From Actinomycetota bacterium (GTDB taxonomy: Bacteria; Actinomycetota; CADDZG01; JAHWKV01), in the NCBI GenBank assembly GCA_019347715.1, contig JAHWKU010000007.1, forward strand, positions 8,349 to 72,348: 64,000 bases of DNA, given 5' to 3'. Numbering within the stretch: position 1 is the first letter of the stretch; each line of letters opens with the position of its first letter. Positions 47,512 to 57,551 of the stretch are shown here, in pieces. The notes under the pieces are model-generated. The model was not told the origin of the DNA. It did not search any database and was given only the letters and a program-made list of their open reading frames with translations. The position numbers were made by a program, and so were the translations under genes.

Positions 47512-49803
47512 GTGAGGTCTGCCGAGGAATACGAGGCCCTCCTTCACAAGATTTCCTCCGAATTGGAAAGCGATGGCCTGTTGTCGGTTGCGAGAGTAGC
47601 CGCCCGCAAAGCGGTGACCGCCAGGCTGGACCCGCCTCTGGCCGCCCCCCTCCGCAAGAGACTCGCGGCCATGAAACTCAGAAGCTTGTGGTCGCATCAG
47701 ATCGAAGCGATTGAGGCTCTGCGCAACCGTCAGAACACCATCATCGCGACCGGTACCGCCAGCGGAAAGAGTCTCGCGTTCAATCTACCGGTGATGGAAA
47801 GCGTACTGGCCGATCCGAAGTCGAGAGCGCTCTACCTATACCCCACCAAGGCCCTTGCCCAGGATCAGCTGAGGGCCCTTCGAGGCTTCGCGCTTCCGCA
47901 GATACGGGCGGCCACTTATGACGGGGACACCCCTACCGACGAGCGCACGTCCGTCAGGAAGTTCGCCAACATCGTGCTGTCGAACCCAGACATGCTTCAT
48001 TTCGGGATTCTGCCGAGACATACCCAGTGGGCGGAACTCTTTGCGAACCTCACTTACGTTGTGGTCGATGAGGCTCACGTTCTGAGAGGCATCTTCGGCT
48101 CGCATGTTGGATGCATCCTCAGGAGACTCAAGCGGATAGCAAGACACTACGGCGCCAGCCCTACTTTCGTCATGGCATCCGCGACCATCGCCAACCCACG
48201 GGCCCTCGCGGAGAGACTCATTGGAGAGCCATTTGTAGAAGTCACCGACGACGGCGCCCCGCGCGGAGAGAAGATTGTTGCGTTTTGGAATCCACCCTTG
48301 GTTGACGAGAAAGAGGGAGCGCGGGGTTCGTCCAACTGGGAGGCCGCCCGTCTCATGAGCGCGTTCGTGGACGAAGACATCAGAACCATCGCTTTCGCCC
48401 GATCTCGCAAGTCCGCCGAACTGGTAGCCAGGTACGCGAAGGATCTGGTGAAGAATGATGACAATGCTGCCCTCATTCGTCCGTATCGGGCGGGCTACCT
48501 TGCGTCGGAGCGAAGAGAGATCGAACAGGAACTTTTCACCGGCAAGCTCAAGGGTGTATCCGCAACCACGGCTCTCGAACTGGGGATAGATGTTGGAGGG
48601 CTGGACGCAATCGTCTTGAACGGTTTCCCCGGGACGGTGTCTGCCTTCCGCCAGCAGGCCGGTCGCTCGGGGCGGGCCGCCGAGGACTCGGTGGCGGTGC
48701 TGATCGGCCAGGACGACCCTCTGGACCAGTACTACCTGTCACATCCAGACATCTTGCTCTCGAAGCCATTCGAGACGGCACTGGTTGACACGACCAACCC
48801 GAACATCCTGAGGCCTCACCTTGGCTGCGCCGCATTTGAACTGCCCATCGGTGCAGACGAGATAGAGGAGACCTTTGGTGAAGGCGCGGCCCCCGTGGCG
48901 CAAGCCATGCTCGATGACAGTGAACTGGGGGTCAGAAAAGCTCGAGGGACGCGAACCGAGAGGCTCCACTGGAAGAAGCAACAGCCCCCGGGAACGAATC
49001 TCGACATCCGGTCGCTTGGGTCAGGGTCGTTTTCCATCGTGGAGGAACAAACGGGCGCACTTCTCGGGACCGTCGATTCCGCAAGGGCATTTCACCAAGT
49101 TCACCCCGGCGCGATCTACCTCCACCAGGGCGACAACTACGAGGTCTCGGTATTGGACCTCGGAAGCCGGGTCGCTCTCGTAGTGCCGAGCAAAGCCGAC
49201 CACTTCACTCAGGCCAGAGAGACCTCCGATATCAAGGTCATCGAGGTCCTGAATGAAAAATCGGTCGGCGAGGCGATCTTCTACCTCGGAAGAGTGATCG
49301 TGACCGAACAGGTGGTGGCTTTCGTCCGTCGCAGCATAGCCACGGGAGAGACCATCGAGATCGTTGATCTGGATCTTCCGCCCCAGACTCTAGTCACAGT
49401 GGCGTTCTGGTACACCGCCGGACCTGAGCTGGTGACGAGAGCGGGAATAGCGGAGAAGGATCTTCCCGGCTCACTGCACGCGGCAGAACACGCGGGCATT
49501 GGGATCCTGCCGGCCTTCGCGATGGCCGACCGCTGGGACATAGGAGGAGTCAGTACGGCCCTTTCCGCCGATACCGGTCTGCCAACCGTCTTCATATACG
49601 ACGGCTATCCCGGAGGCGTCGGCATCGCGGAGAGAGGTTTCGAGAAAGCCGCAGAGCATCTCACCGCAACACTCGAGGCCGTGCGATTTTGCCCGTGTGA
49701 ATCCGGATGCCCGTCGTGCGTTCAGTCGCCGAAGTGCGGCAACGGCAATGATCCTCTCGACAAAAGCGGCGCCATCGCCCTGATGACGGCAATCCTAAGC
49801 TGA
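47512..49803 (+). CDS. DEAH-box helicase with DUF1998 Zn domain (MrfA/SftH/Hrq1-like)
   Basis: TGTASGKS, PTKALAQDQ, DEAH, SAT, ALELGID, QQAGRSGR, YDGYPGG, CPCESGCPSC. Confidence 0.93.
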   Translation: MRSAEEYEALLHKISSELESDGLLSVARVAARKAVTARLDPPLAAPLRKRLAAMKLRSLWSHQIEAIEALRNRQNTIIATGTASGKSLAFNLPVMESVLADPKSRALYLYPTKALAQDQLRALRGFALPQIRAATYDGDTPTDERTSVRKFANIVLSNPDMLHFGILPRHTQWAELFANLTYVVVDEAHVLRGIFGSHVGCILRRLKRIARHYGASPTFVMASATIANPRALAERLIGEPFVEVTDDGAPRGEKIVAFWNPPLVDEKEGARGSSNWEAARLMSAFVDEDIRTIAFARSRKSAELVARYAKDLVKNDDNAALIRPYRAGYLASERREIEQELFTGKLKGVSATTALELGIDVGGLDAIVLNGFPGTVSAFRQQAGRSGRAAEDSVAVLIGQDDPLDQYYLSHPDILLSKPFETALVDTTNPNILRPHLGCAAFELPIGADEIEETFGEGAAPVAQAMLDDSELGVRKARGTRTERLHWKKQQPPGTNLDIRSLGSGSFSIVEEQTGALLGTVDSARAFHQVHPGAIYLHQGDNYEVSVLDLGSRVALVVPSKADHFTQARETSDIKVIEVLNEKSVGEAIFYLGRVIVTEQVVAFVRRSIATGETIEIVDLDLPPQTLVTVAFWYTAGPELVTRAGIAEKDLPGSLHAAEHAGIGILPAFAMADRWDIGGVSTALSADTGLPTVFIYDGYPGGVGIAERGFEKAAEHLTATLEAVRFCPCESGCPSCVQSPKCGNGNDPLDKSGAIALMTAILS

Positions 49804-49806
49804 GGT

Positions 49807-51636
49807 TTAGGCGTCTATCGGGTGTTCGGGCAGGATCACGCGCTCCGTGGGTACCGGCGACGCAATCGGAAGACTGAACCTGAATGAGGTTCCTTTACCG
49901 ACTTCTGTGTCGATCGACAGCTCTGCGCCATGCAGGGCCAGGATCTCTTTAGTCAGAGCCAGCCCCAGACCAACACCTCGTGTCGATCTCGTATTCTCAT
50001 CGCCCCCTCGGAAGAACCGTTCTCCTAGGTGCCTGAGTTCGGCCGGAGGTATCCCGGGCCCGTCGTCTGCGACCGCCACTACTGCGCGGCCGGAAGCTTC
50101 GTGCACCGTTACCCAGATCCGGCTGCCATTTGTGGTGTGTTTCGTGGCATTGGTTAGCAGATTCTCGACAACACGCTGAATGAGGATTGGATCGGCATGA
50201 ACGAACAAGCTTCCTGGGATCGCAACCGAAAGACTGTGGTCGCCGAAGAGATCTCCCAGCCTTGCGGTCGCGCCGGTAACCAGCTCGCTCAGGTCGAACT
50301 GCTCTTCTCTTATCTGCAGCTTTCCGGCCTCCAGCCGCGAGAAGTCGAGGAGGCTGGTGATGATGTCGTTCAACGTTGAAGCGTTGGCGCCAACTCGTTC
50401 GAGAAGATGAATCCGTGACTCTTCGTCGAGAGCATTCCACCTCTCGAGAACCGTTACGGTCATTCCGTGGATCGAGGTAAGAGGAGTCCTGAGCTCGTGT
50501 GAAACGTTGGAAAGGAAGTCGCTCTTCAGCCGATCCAGCTCTGCCAGCCTGTGCACGGCCTCACGCTCGGACTCGTATGCGCTTGCGTTTTCCAGGGCTC
50601 TTCCGACCTGCGCCGCCAGCAGTTCGAATGCCTCAACCTGCTCCGGCGTGACATTTACTTCAAACCTCGAGCCGCCCACAAGTGCCCCTCCGAGTACGTC
50701 GCCGGTCCAGACCGGGGCGGCAACTACCGACCTATAACCGTCGTCCCTGAGAATCGGCACCGCTTGAGGCAGCGAGGCATAGTCCTCTACTACTACCGTT
50801 TTCTTTGCCTCCATCACCAGCCCTGGCATGCCGAGATCCCATGGGTGCTCCATTTCGCAATATTCAGCCGGCAGCCCCGTGCTCTCCACTACCTTGAATG
50901 TCTGGCGGTCCCTGTCGAAGAGCACCACGTTGCTTGTCTCGAAACCGATCCGATTGACCGCTTCGATCACAGATTTCAGAACGCTCGACTGGTCGAGCGT
51001 GCTCATCGACCGGATGGCCGATGCAACGATGGCCAGAAGTCTGGCCCTCTCCTCCGACTCTGCCCGGGCAGCCCCATGAGCATTTATCTGCCGGGAGAGT
51101 TCCAGCGAAAGAGTGGTGGAAAGAAATGCCGCGGTCCCCATGATCGCCATCCTCAAAAAGATCATGTCCGCGGCCAGGACCCACGGCATGTACCACAGGA
51201 TCCCAAGATAGGAAGCAAAGGTGAGTGCCAGCAGCGCCGCCTGCGCTTTGATCGGATAGCACGCTACCCCGAAGAAGACAGTCGTCAGGGCATAGATAAA
51301 GAACATGTCCGCATGCCTGGCTCCCTGAAGTGCTACCAGTCCCGTAATGAGAAGGATGTCGAAAGCAGACCACGCGTACATGACCCACAGCCCATAGCCA
51401 GACTCGAAGAGGCGCTTCCAGGGCAGCAGGGCGATGAAAGTCACTCCCACACCCGCCGCGACGAGAAGCCCGACATATGGGCCCGGATGGGTTGGTCCCC
51501 CTCCCGGCAAGAACGGGAACACCAGCATCGAGGCCACTATCAGGTAGGTCGCGGCCACCGCTATTTTTACCGCCCGCAGCCTGAACGGAATCAGGACATC
51601 CTCTTTGGCCCGCGCGTCTTCCGTCGCCCTTTTCAC
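49807..51636 (-). CDS. membrane sensor histidine kinase with GAF domain
   Basis: About 6 TMs, GAF, SHELRTPLT, NLLTNA, DDGPGI, GVGLGL. Confidence 0.92.
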   Translation of the reverse strand: MKRATEDARAKEDVLIPFRLRAVKIAVAATYLIVASMLVFPFLPGGGPTHPGPYVGLLVAAGVGVTFIALLPWKRLFESGYGLWVMYAWSAFDILLITGLVALQGARHADMFFIYALTTVFFGVACYPIKAQAALLALTFASYLGILWYMPWVLAADMIFLRMAIMGTAAFLSTTLSLELSRQINAHGAARAESEERARLLAIVASAIRSMSTLDQSSVLKSVIEAVNRIGFETSNVVLFDRDRQTFKVVESTGLPAEYCEMEHPWDLGMPGLVMEAKKTVVVEDYASLPQAVPILRDDGYRSVVAAPVWTGDVLGGALVGGSRFEVNVTPEQVEAFELLAAQVGRALENASAYESEREAVHRLAELDRLKSDFLSNVSHELRTPLTSIHGMTVTVLERWNALDEESRIHLLERVGANASTLNDIITSLLDFSRLEAGKLQIREEQFDLSELVTGATARLGDLFGDHSLSVAIPGSLFVHADPILIQRVVENLLTNATKHTTNGSRIWVTVHEASGRAVVAVADDGPGIPPAELRHLGERFFRGGDENTRSTRGVGLGLALTKEILALHGAELSIDTEVGKGTSFRFSLPIASPVPTERVILPEHPIDA

Positions 51637-51710
51637 TATTCATGTCTTCGGGACGGGAGCCCACTCAGACAATGGGCATTTCGGACTATTTTGAGGCTAG
51701 TCCGGGGCGC

Positions 51711-52019
51711 TCAGAAGAAACCGAGGGCGCTCTTGGCGAAATCGGTCATCTTGTCCGGTCCCCATGGTGGATTCCAGACGAGCTCCGTGGTGACGGCGTT
51801 CACCCCTTCCATAGGACCGAGGGCGTCCCTTATGTCTCCTTCGATGACCGGGCCTAGGGGACAGCCCATGGAGGTGAGGGTGTGGATGACGTGGACCTCT
51901 CCGTCCTCGGTGACAGAAACGTCGTAGACCAGGCCGAGATCCACGATGTTGATGCCGATCTCGGGATCGTTTACGACCTTGAGGGCGTCTTTGACCTGCT
52001 CTGCACTCGGAGCGCTCAT
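51711..52019 (-). CDS. DUF59/SufT metal-sulfur cluster assembly factor
   Basis: DPEIGINIVDLGLVY, TLTSMGCP, WNPPW. Confidence 0.92.
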   Translation of the reverse strand: MSAPSAEQVKDALKVVNDPEIGINIVDLGLVYDVSVTEDGEVHVIHTLTSMGCPLGPVIEGDIRDALGPMEGVNAVTTELVWNPPWGPDKMTDFAKSALGFF

Positions 52020-52023
52020 GAAG

Positions 52024-52863
52024 TCAGTTTAGTCCGAGCAGAGCACCTGCGTTTTCTTTCAGGATCTTGGCCTCTGCATCACCCAGCTCGAGTTGTTCGA
52101 TCTCCTCCAGGCACCTGGAAGGAGAAATGAACGGATAGTCACTACCCCAAAGAAACCGGCCGGCCAGTCTTCCTTTCATCTCTCGAACCACCTCGGCGGG
52201 GATGTATCTAGGAGCCCAACCGGATATATCCAAATAGAGATTGGATTTGTGAAGGGCCATCGCCATGGCCTCGATATGCCAAGGCCACCCGAAGTGCGCC
52301 ATCACTATCTTCATGTTCGGAAATTTCGCCGCTACCGGATCCAGAAGGATCGGCCGTGACAGGTCGATTCTGATCCCCTGGCCGCCGGGCGCTCCCGCGC
52401 CGATACCAGAAGTCCCGGTGTGAAAGATGCAGGGGATGGCAAGCTCTTCGCATTTCTCCCACAGGGAGAAGAACCGGTCGTCGGAAGGATCGAAGTTCTG
52501 AAGAGAAGGGTGGAACTTGGCTCCGTGCATCCCGAGTTCCGAGATCGCCGTCTCGAGATCTGCCGCAGCGGACTTCTTGTGAGGGTCGACGCTGGCGAAA
52601 CCGATGAACCGTCCCGGAAACTTCTCCTCGATCGCCGCTACATCCTCGTTGGCGACGGGCGGCATTCGGGTGAACGTCTCAGCGTCCCAGGCCAGCAGAA
52701 CCCCAATGAGATCGAGCCGTTCGTATTCCGCAGCAAGCTCATCGACGGTGATGATGTCAACCTTGCGATGAAAATAGTTTTCGGCGGTCTTCAGGTACGG
52801 GCCGATAGAACCCTCCAGCCACTCGATGGTGGGAAGGTGCACGTGGAAATCAATCGCTCTCAA
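52024..52863 (-). CDS. amidohydrolase_2 family protein (CouO-like)
   Basis: IDFHVH, KFHP, FHTG, AHFGWPW, DISGWAP, GSDYP. Confidence 0.88.
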   Translation of the reverse strand: MRAIDFHVHLPTIEWLEGSIGPYLKTAENYFHRKVDIITVDELAAEYERLDLIGVLLAWDAETFTRMPPVANEDVAAIEEKFPGRFIGFASVDPHKKSAAADLETAISELGMHGAKFHPSLQNFDPSDDRFFSLWEKCEELAIPCIFHTGTSGIGAGAPGGQGIRIDLSRPILLDPVAAKFPNMKIVMAHFGWPWHIEAMAMALHKSNLYLDISGWAPRYIPAEVVREMKGRLAGRFLWGSDYPFISPSRCLEEIEQLELGDAEAKILKENAGALLGLN

Positions 52864-53065
52864 CTGTGTAAAGCCTCCGGCGCAGGTTGCCAGTCATGAT
52901 GGCATACCCCTCGAGGCGAAATGTCCGATAGTTCCGGGTGAGCAAAAAAATTGGAGCGAGCGCGTGTGATTCGCCGTTCCGTCTCGTTAGTTAGGAGGAC
53001 GGGGCCCATCCGTCTGGCCATCGCGGCTATGAACAATCCGGCTAATGGGACAAAGGAGACAGGGG

Positions 53066-54403
53066 ATGAAGAAGGGATTGATTGCCATACTGGTATTGCT
53101 AGTGCTCGGTTCGGCCATGGTGCCGGCGTGGGCACAGAGCATTCAGGTCTCTTTCCAGGGAACCTCCAGCGCGAGAGCCCTGGATCTCTCAATCCCAGCT
53201 CTGAGACAGCTTGGCCTGCAGGATCAGTTCAAAGGACTGACCGTTGGACTCACGAGCGCTGACTTCAGCATCTCCTCGAGTAATAAGGCCGTGAGTGGCT
53301 TTGCCGCAGGAAAGTGCGAGTTCATCGCCTCCCAGCCGGACCCGGGGGCCCTTCCCTGCGATCAGTCCACCGTTGAAACCTCCTCGGTTTCTTCTCCCGG
53401 AGGCAACGGAGCGTGTGTCGACAACTCGTCGATCGCGGTGGTCAACCTCGCCACCGCATGCGGAAAGTCGGCCTCGAGCCTGACTTCTGCAGGACTTCCC
53501 TCCAGTCTCAACGAAGCCGGTGTCGCCAGTGCCCGTGTCTCCGCCAACCTGGCCGACCTCGGCTTGGGAGCGGCGCTAGGTGTAGAAGCCACCAAGGACC
53601 AGCTTCTCACCGCGGTCCAAGGCCTGACCAACGACGTTCTCACCAAGGCCAGCTCGGCCCCAGTTGCAGGCGAGAAGGTCGCCGCCCTGAGAGACGCCAC
53701 CAATGAGTTCCTGGCCAACGTGGCGGACGGCAACCAGTTTGCAGTGCTGAAGGTCGGAGCGTCGACCACAAACGTCATTCCCGACGGATCCAACACAAAC
53801 GTAGTTTCCGAAGCCGCAGGAGCCAAGATTGGCCTCCTTGGCCTGACGAACGCTCTCGAGGATGGCCTGGTTATCGTCGAGATCTCTTCCGGCAAAGCCA
53901 TGGCGAGCTTCGACGGTACCAGCGGCCTCGCTCAGGCCAGCGCCGTTGGTCCGGTAGCTACGGTCAAAGTCAGGGATCTGATCAATCTCGACAACAACGC
54001 AGCCACGCAGTACCTGGAAGTGATCATCCAGCCAGAGATGCTGAACTCTCTTCTGGCTCCACTTTCCTCAGCTCCGCTGTTGGAGACCACGGTCGAAGCC
54101 GGTTCCCACACCCAGGGCGTCCAAACCGGTAAGAGTGTTTCGGCCTTCGCCAGCGGCGTGACGATCCACGCGCTCAAGGGACTCGGTGAGAGCGAGGCTG
54201 GAAAGAAGGATGGTGGCATCCTGCTGCGAATCGCGGCGGCCGACGTGAGGCTCGCGGGTGACATCGCCACTACTGAACCCCCGTGCTGCGCACTGGCCAC
54301 CACCGGCGGCCCCGTTTACGGATACCTGGCGGGAGCGGCACTCATGGCGCTTCTCGCCCTGGCGCTTCTCGTCTACGTGAGGAAACTGCGCACCACAGTC
54401 TGA
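53066..54403 (+). CDS. sortase-anchored surface protein (LAxTG signal)
   Basis: Signal peptide MKKG...AWA, AAGGAG SD, C-terminal LATTGG + TM + RKLR. Confidence 0.82.
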   Translation: MKKGLIAILVLLVLGSAMVPAWAQSIQVSFQGTSSARALDLSIPALRQLGLQDQFKGLTVGLTSADFSISSSNKAVSGFAAGKCEFIASQPDPGALPCDQSTVETSSVSSPGGNGACVDNSSIAVVNLATACGKSASSLTSAGLPSSLNEAGVASARVSANLADLGLGAALGVEATKDQLLTAVQGLTNDVLTKASSAPVAGEKVAALRDATNEFLANVADGNQFAVLKVGASTTNVIPDGSNTNVVSEAAGAKIGLLGLTNALEDGLVIVEISSGKAMASFDGTSGLAQASAVGPVATVKVRDLINLDNNAATQYLEVIIQPEMLNSLLAPLSSAPLLETTVEAGSHTQGVQTGKSVSAFASGVTIHALKGLGESEAGKKDGGILLRIAAADVRLAGDIATTEPPCCALATTGGPVYGYLAGAALMALLALALLVYVRKLRTTV

Positions 54404-54409
54404 GCAACT

Positions 54410-55066
54410 ATGAAGCTGAACACCTTCTTGCCGCGAGTATCTCTCGGGCGTCTGTTCGGAAGGAGAGCACTGGCAGGCTTTCTTTCCGTCATGGCGGTCG
54501 GGATGCTCGCGGGAGCAGGTTGGCTGGCAGGCTACCCCTTCTATACCGACCTGCGAGCCGCGCAAGAGCAGAAGCGTCTCGCCGCCAGCTTCGAAACTGC
54601 TTCCCTCAAACACTCCTACCAGGAGCGTTCGTTCACAGAAGGAACGGCGCTAACGCGGATGGTCATCCCCAAGCTGAACCTCGACACGGTAGTTGTTGAG
54701 GGCGTCTCTTTGAAGGCGCTTGCCGCAGGAGCGGGACATTATCCTCGGACCCCGCTTCCAGGAGAACTAGGAAACGTCGGGATCGCCGGCCACAGGACGA
54801 TGAACGGCAAACCACTTTCGAACCTACAGAAGCTCGCTGCTGGAGACCGCATCGTTTTGATCACTCCCCTGGCGCAATTCACCTACGAAGTGATCCCGTC
54901 ATTCGATGGGCACGCCAATCCCTGGGTCGTGCACCCGAACGACATATCGGTGTTGCAGGCAACCGAAGAGCCCATGCTGACCCTTACCACCTGCCATCCC
55001 CGCGGCAGCGCGAAGCAGCGGATGGTGGTCAGAGCAAAGCTGGTGGGAACGGAGGGTATTGCATGA
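54410..55066 (+). CDS. srtE: class E sortase
   Basis: GAGHY, GNVGIAGHRT, LTLTTCHP, catalytic Arg (QR). Confidence 0.9.
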   Translation: MKLNTFLPRVSLGRLFGRRALAGFLSVMAVGMLAGAGWLAGYPFYTDLRAAQEQKRLAASFETASLKHSYQERSFTEGTALTRMVIPKLNLDTVVVEGVSLKALAAGAGHYPRTPLPGELGNVGIAGHRTMNGKPLSNLQKLAAGDRIVLITPLAQFTYEVIPSFDGHANPWVVHPNDISVLQATEEPMLTLTTCHPRGSAKQRMVVRAKLVGTEGIA

Positions 55067-56154
55067 GAAGGCTGACGCTAGCGATCATTTGTCTTCTCAT
55101 CTGGGCCATCTCGGCTGGCACTGCCATGGCCGTGAACGACGTCACTCTTGAAGTAGTTCAGGCTCCGCCGACCGGGTCAGTCTTGAGAGGCGACGATCCA
55201 TTTCCCATAACAATGCGGGCAAGAGCAGATTCCAGCCTCAAATCGTTCAGTGTCCTAATTGCTCCGGCGGAAAACCCCCGGCCGGGCATGGAGGTAGTCG
55301 GCGGATCGACGAGCGGGTCATGGCCCACAGGGGCGAAGACCTCCGAGACACTCTCCGTTTCCTGGAGCACCAAGAATGTTACTCCGTACAACGGTCTCTA
55401 CAGGATCATCGCTACTGGCGAATCTCATGTCGGAGGGACCAAGACGATCCGCCTCGATGGCTACGCGGTCGACAATCTCCCAATCGCCGTTTCGGGCATC
55501 GTGTCCGAGATAAAGGGAGATGATCCGTCTCTCAATTGGCAGGCAAACAGCGAGATCGACCTGATCAGCTATCGCGTCTATCGCGCAGTCGGTTCTTCAA
55601 GTTATAAGAACGTTTCCGTCACCACTACGACGGCATATACAGATAAAGAGGCTCCCAAAGATGTCGAATTGAAGTACTACGTGACTGCCACCAGAAGAAG
55701 TGTCGTGGCAAACCAAGGATGGGTAGAATCTGCGCCATCCAAAGCCACCTCGTTCTTCATCCCCCTTCCCCAATCCAATGCCCAGCCGACGGTCTCGGCC
55801 CCACAGGAGGCACCGGCACCTCCGCCGATTCCGAACGTCGAGGCTCGGCCCGCAGGCAAAATCGTTCACCATGGTTTCGGAGAACTGATTCCATATGGGA
55901 CAGTCGATGACTCCCTGCCCAAGGTCCCGGCGCCACTCTCCCAGCAAGAGGGTCCTGCGATCCTCCAGCCCAGGTTGAAGTCGCCGGCTCCCATTTCACT
56001 CCCCCAGGTCTACAAACCGCCGTTTTTCGCCGCGGCCCTGCTCATGATCGCGGGGGCCGCGCACATAGGCAGGCTTGCGATATCGATGTTCGTTGATGGG
56101 GAAAAGCGAAGACCTATCGATGGGCATCAAGCAGAACCCGCTTCATCTGTCTAA
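55063..56154 (+). CDS. exported Ig/fibronectin-III-like protein with Pro-rich stalk and C-terminal TM
   Basis: Signal peptide ..AMA; LNWQAN..DL.SYRVYR..YTD..YYVTA FN3 pattern; ATGA overlap with the sortase. Confidence 0.72.
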   Translation: MRRLTLAIICLLIWAISAGTAMAVNDVTLEVVQAPPTGSVLRGDDPFPITMRARADSSLKSFSVLIAPAENPRPGMEVVGGSTSGSWPTGAKTSETLSVSWSTKNVTPYNGLYRIIATGESHVGGTKTIRLDGYAVDNLPIAVSGIVSEIKGDDPSLNWQANSEIDLISYRVYRAVGSSSYKNVSVTTTTAYTDKEAPKDVELKYYVTATRRSVVANQGWVESAPSKATSFFIPLPQSNAQPTVSAPQEAPAPPPIPNVEARPAGKIVHHGFGELIPYGTVDDSLPKVPAPLSQQEGPAILQPRLKSPAPISLPQVYKPPFFAAALLMIAGAAHIGRLAISMFVDGEKRRPIDGHQAEPASSV

Positions 56155-56755
56155 CGGCACCGGCTGGGTCCTGCGCTTCGGTAACTGCTCGCAGCACTGA
56201 TACCCGGAGTGCGCCAGCTGCGACCGCCTCAGGCAGGGTCTTCAGATCGATGCCGCCGATCGCGTAAAAGGGAATAGAGGATCTATCCGCGGCAAACTCC
56301 ACTAACTCGTATCCGACCGCAGGCCGCCCCGGCTTAGTCGGTGTGGCGTGGACGGGGCCAACGCCGATGTAATCCGCGCCGCTTTTCTGCGCATCCAGAA
56401 TCTCGCCGGAAGAGTGCGTGGAGAGACCGATGATTGGGCCATCTCCAAGAAGTTTTCTTGCCGCCTCGATCGGAAGGTCATCCTGACCAAGGTGCAGCCC
56501 GTGTGCTCCCGATGCGACGGCGAGGTCGGCGCGATCGTTCAGGACAAAGATCGCTCCGAACTCCTCTGCCCTGCGGCGCGCAGTCTCCGCATGTCTCAAC
56601 AGAGCAGCGTCTTCTAAGTCCTTTTCTCTGAGCTGAACCATATCTACCCCAGCTTCGAGTACTCGAGGCAGAAAGTCATCGAGATGGACTCCCCCAGGCT
56701 CCGATGGAGTCACCAGATATAGAAGGGCACGGTCCAGACGGTCACGAATGTCCAT
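56114..56755 (-). CDS. thiE: thiamine-phosphate synthase
   Basis: LYLVT, VQLREK, LNDR, HLGQDD, IGLSTH, TPTK, AIGGI; TATCCT 7 nt before ATG suggests a leaderless mRNA. Confidence 0.95.
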   Translation of the reverse strand: MDIRDRLDRALLYLVTPSEPGGVHLDDFLPRVLEAGVDMVQLREKDLEDAALLRHAETARRRAEEFGAIFVLNDRADLAVASGAHGLHLGQDDLPIEAARKLLGDGPIIGLSTHSSGEILDAQKSGADYIGVGPVHATPTKPGRPAVGYELVEFAADRSSIPFYAIGGIDLKTLPEAVAAGALRVSVLRAVTEAQDPAGAVRQMKRVLLDAHR

Positions 56756-56774
56756 GTGAGAGAGGATAGTCGTC

Positions 56775-57551
56775 ATGAATCGAGCGTTCGGAATCACTGC
56801 TACCGAGGACAGGAAGGCTGCGGAAGCCGTGGCCCTCGCGGCCGAGGAAGCTGGATATTCTGCGATCTGGACCAACGACGGCGTCGCCGACGGCGTCGCG
56901 ACGGCTTCATGGATGGCAGGGGTCACCGATCGGATCGGTGTCGGCATCGGAGTGGTGGCATGCGACCGTATGCCGGCGGCCGATCTGGCAGAGAAGGTTA
57001 AAACCGTTGCTCTCCCCCTCGATCGATGCGTGGTCGGGATCGGTTCGGGCTTCTCGTCTAACCCCATCGAGGACGTTCGCGCGGCAGTTGGGGTGCTGCG
57101 AAGCACGTTCGGCGATGACATGACGATCGCGGTGGCGGCCATGGGCCCCCGCATGTGCCGCCTGGCGGGAGAGATATCCGATGTCGTTCTTCTCAACTGG
57201 ATGACGCCGCAGAGAATCGCTTGGGCCCGGGGCAGGATTTCGGATTCAGCCAAAGGCCGCACCTCCGAGCCGAGGGTGGCGTCCTACGTACGTGTCGCCA
57301 CTGGGGCCGGCGCGGCCGGCAGGATCTCGGCCGAAGCAAGCCGCTATGCATCCATACCTCATTACGCCTCGCACTTCAGTGCGATGGGAAAGAGGCCGGG
57401 AGAAGTCGGCATCGCCGGTGACTCTGGGGAGCTGGAAACCTCCCTGAAGGAATACGAAGAAGTCCTCGACGAGTTAGTTGTGAGAGGAGTGCCGGCATCG
57501 GGCGACGTGCAATCGACGCTCGAGATCGTCCGAGCCGCCTCGGGCAGGTGA
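56775..57551 (+). CDS. LLM-class (luciferase-like, possibly F420-dependent) oxidoreductase
   Basis: AEEAGYSAIW, TDRIGVGIGV, VAAMGPRMCRLAGEISD.V.LNW. Confidence 0.82.
   Translation: MNRAFGITATEDRKAAEAVALAAEEAGYSAIWTNDGVADGVATASWMAGVTDRIGVGIGVVACDRMPAADLAEKVKTVALPLDRCVVGIGSGFSSNPIEDVRAAVGVLRSTFGDDMTIAVAAMGPRMCRLAGEISDVVLLNWMTPQRIAWARGRISDSAKGRTSEPRVASYVRVATGAGAAGRISAEASRYASIPHYASHFSAMGKRPGEVGIAGDSGELETSLKEYEEVLDELVVRGVPASGDVQSTLEIVRAASGR

Noticed and set aside
47512..49803. DUF1998 helicase as part of DISARM/Druantia defence
   Set aside because: Architecture is the stand-alone MrfA/SftH repair-type helicase; no drm, methylase or other defence neighbours
49807..51636. Orphan histidine kinase as a novel signalling system
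   Set aside because: Ordinary TM-GAF-HisKA-HATPase architecture; orphan kinases are common
56115..57262. Apparent 382-aa ThiE fusion, and similar N-terminal extensions on hisD, yggS, murG and TetR in the ORF track
   Set aside because: Extensions overlap neighbouring real genes; shorter starts have SD, leaderless or overlap signals
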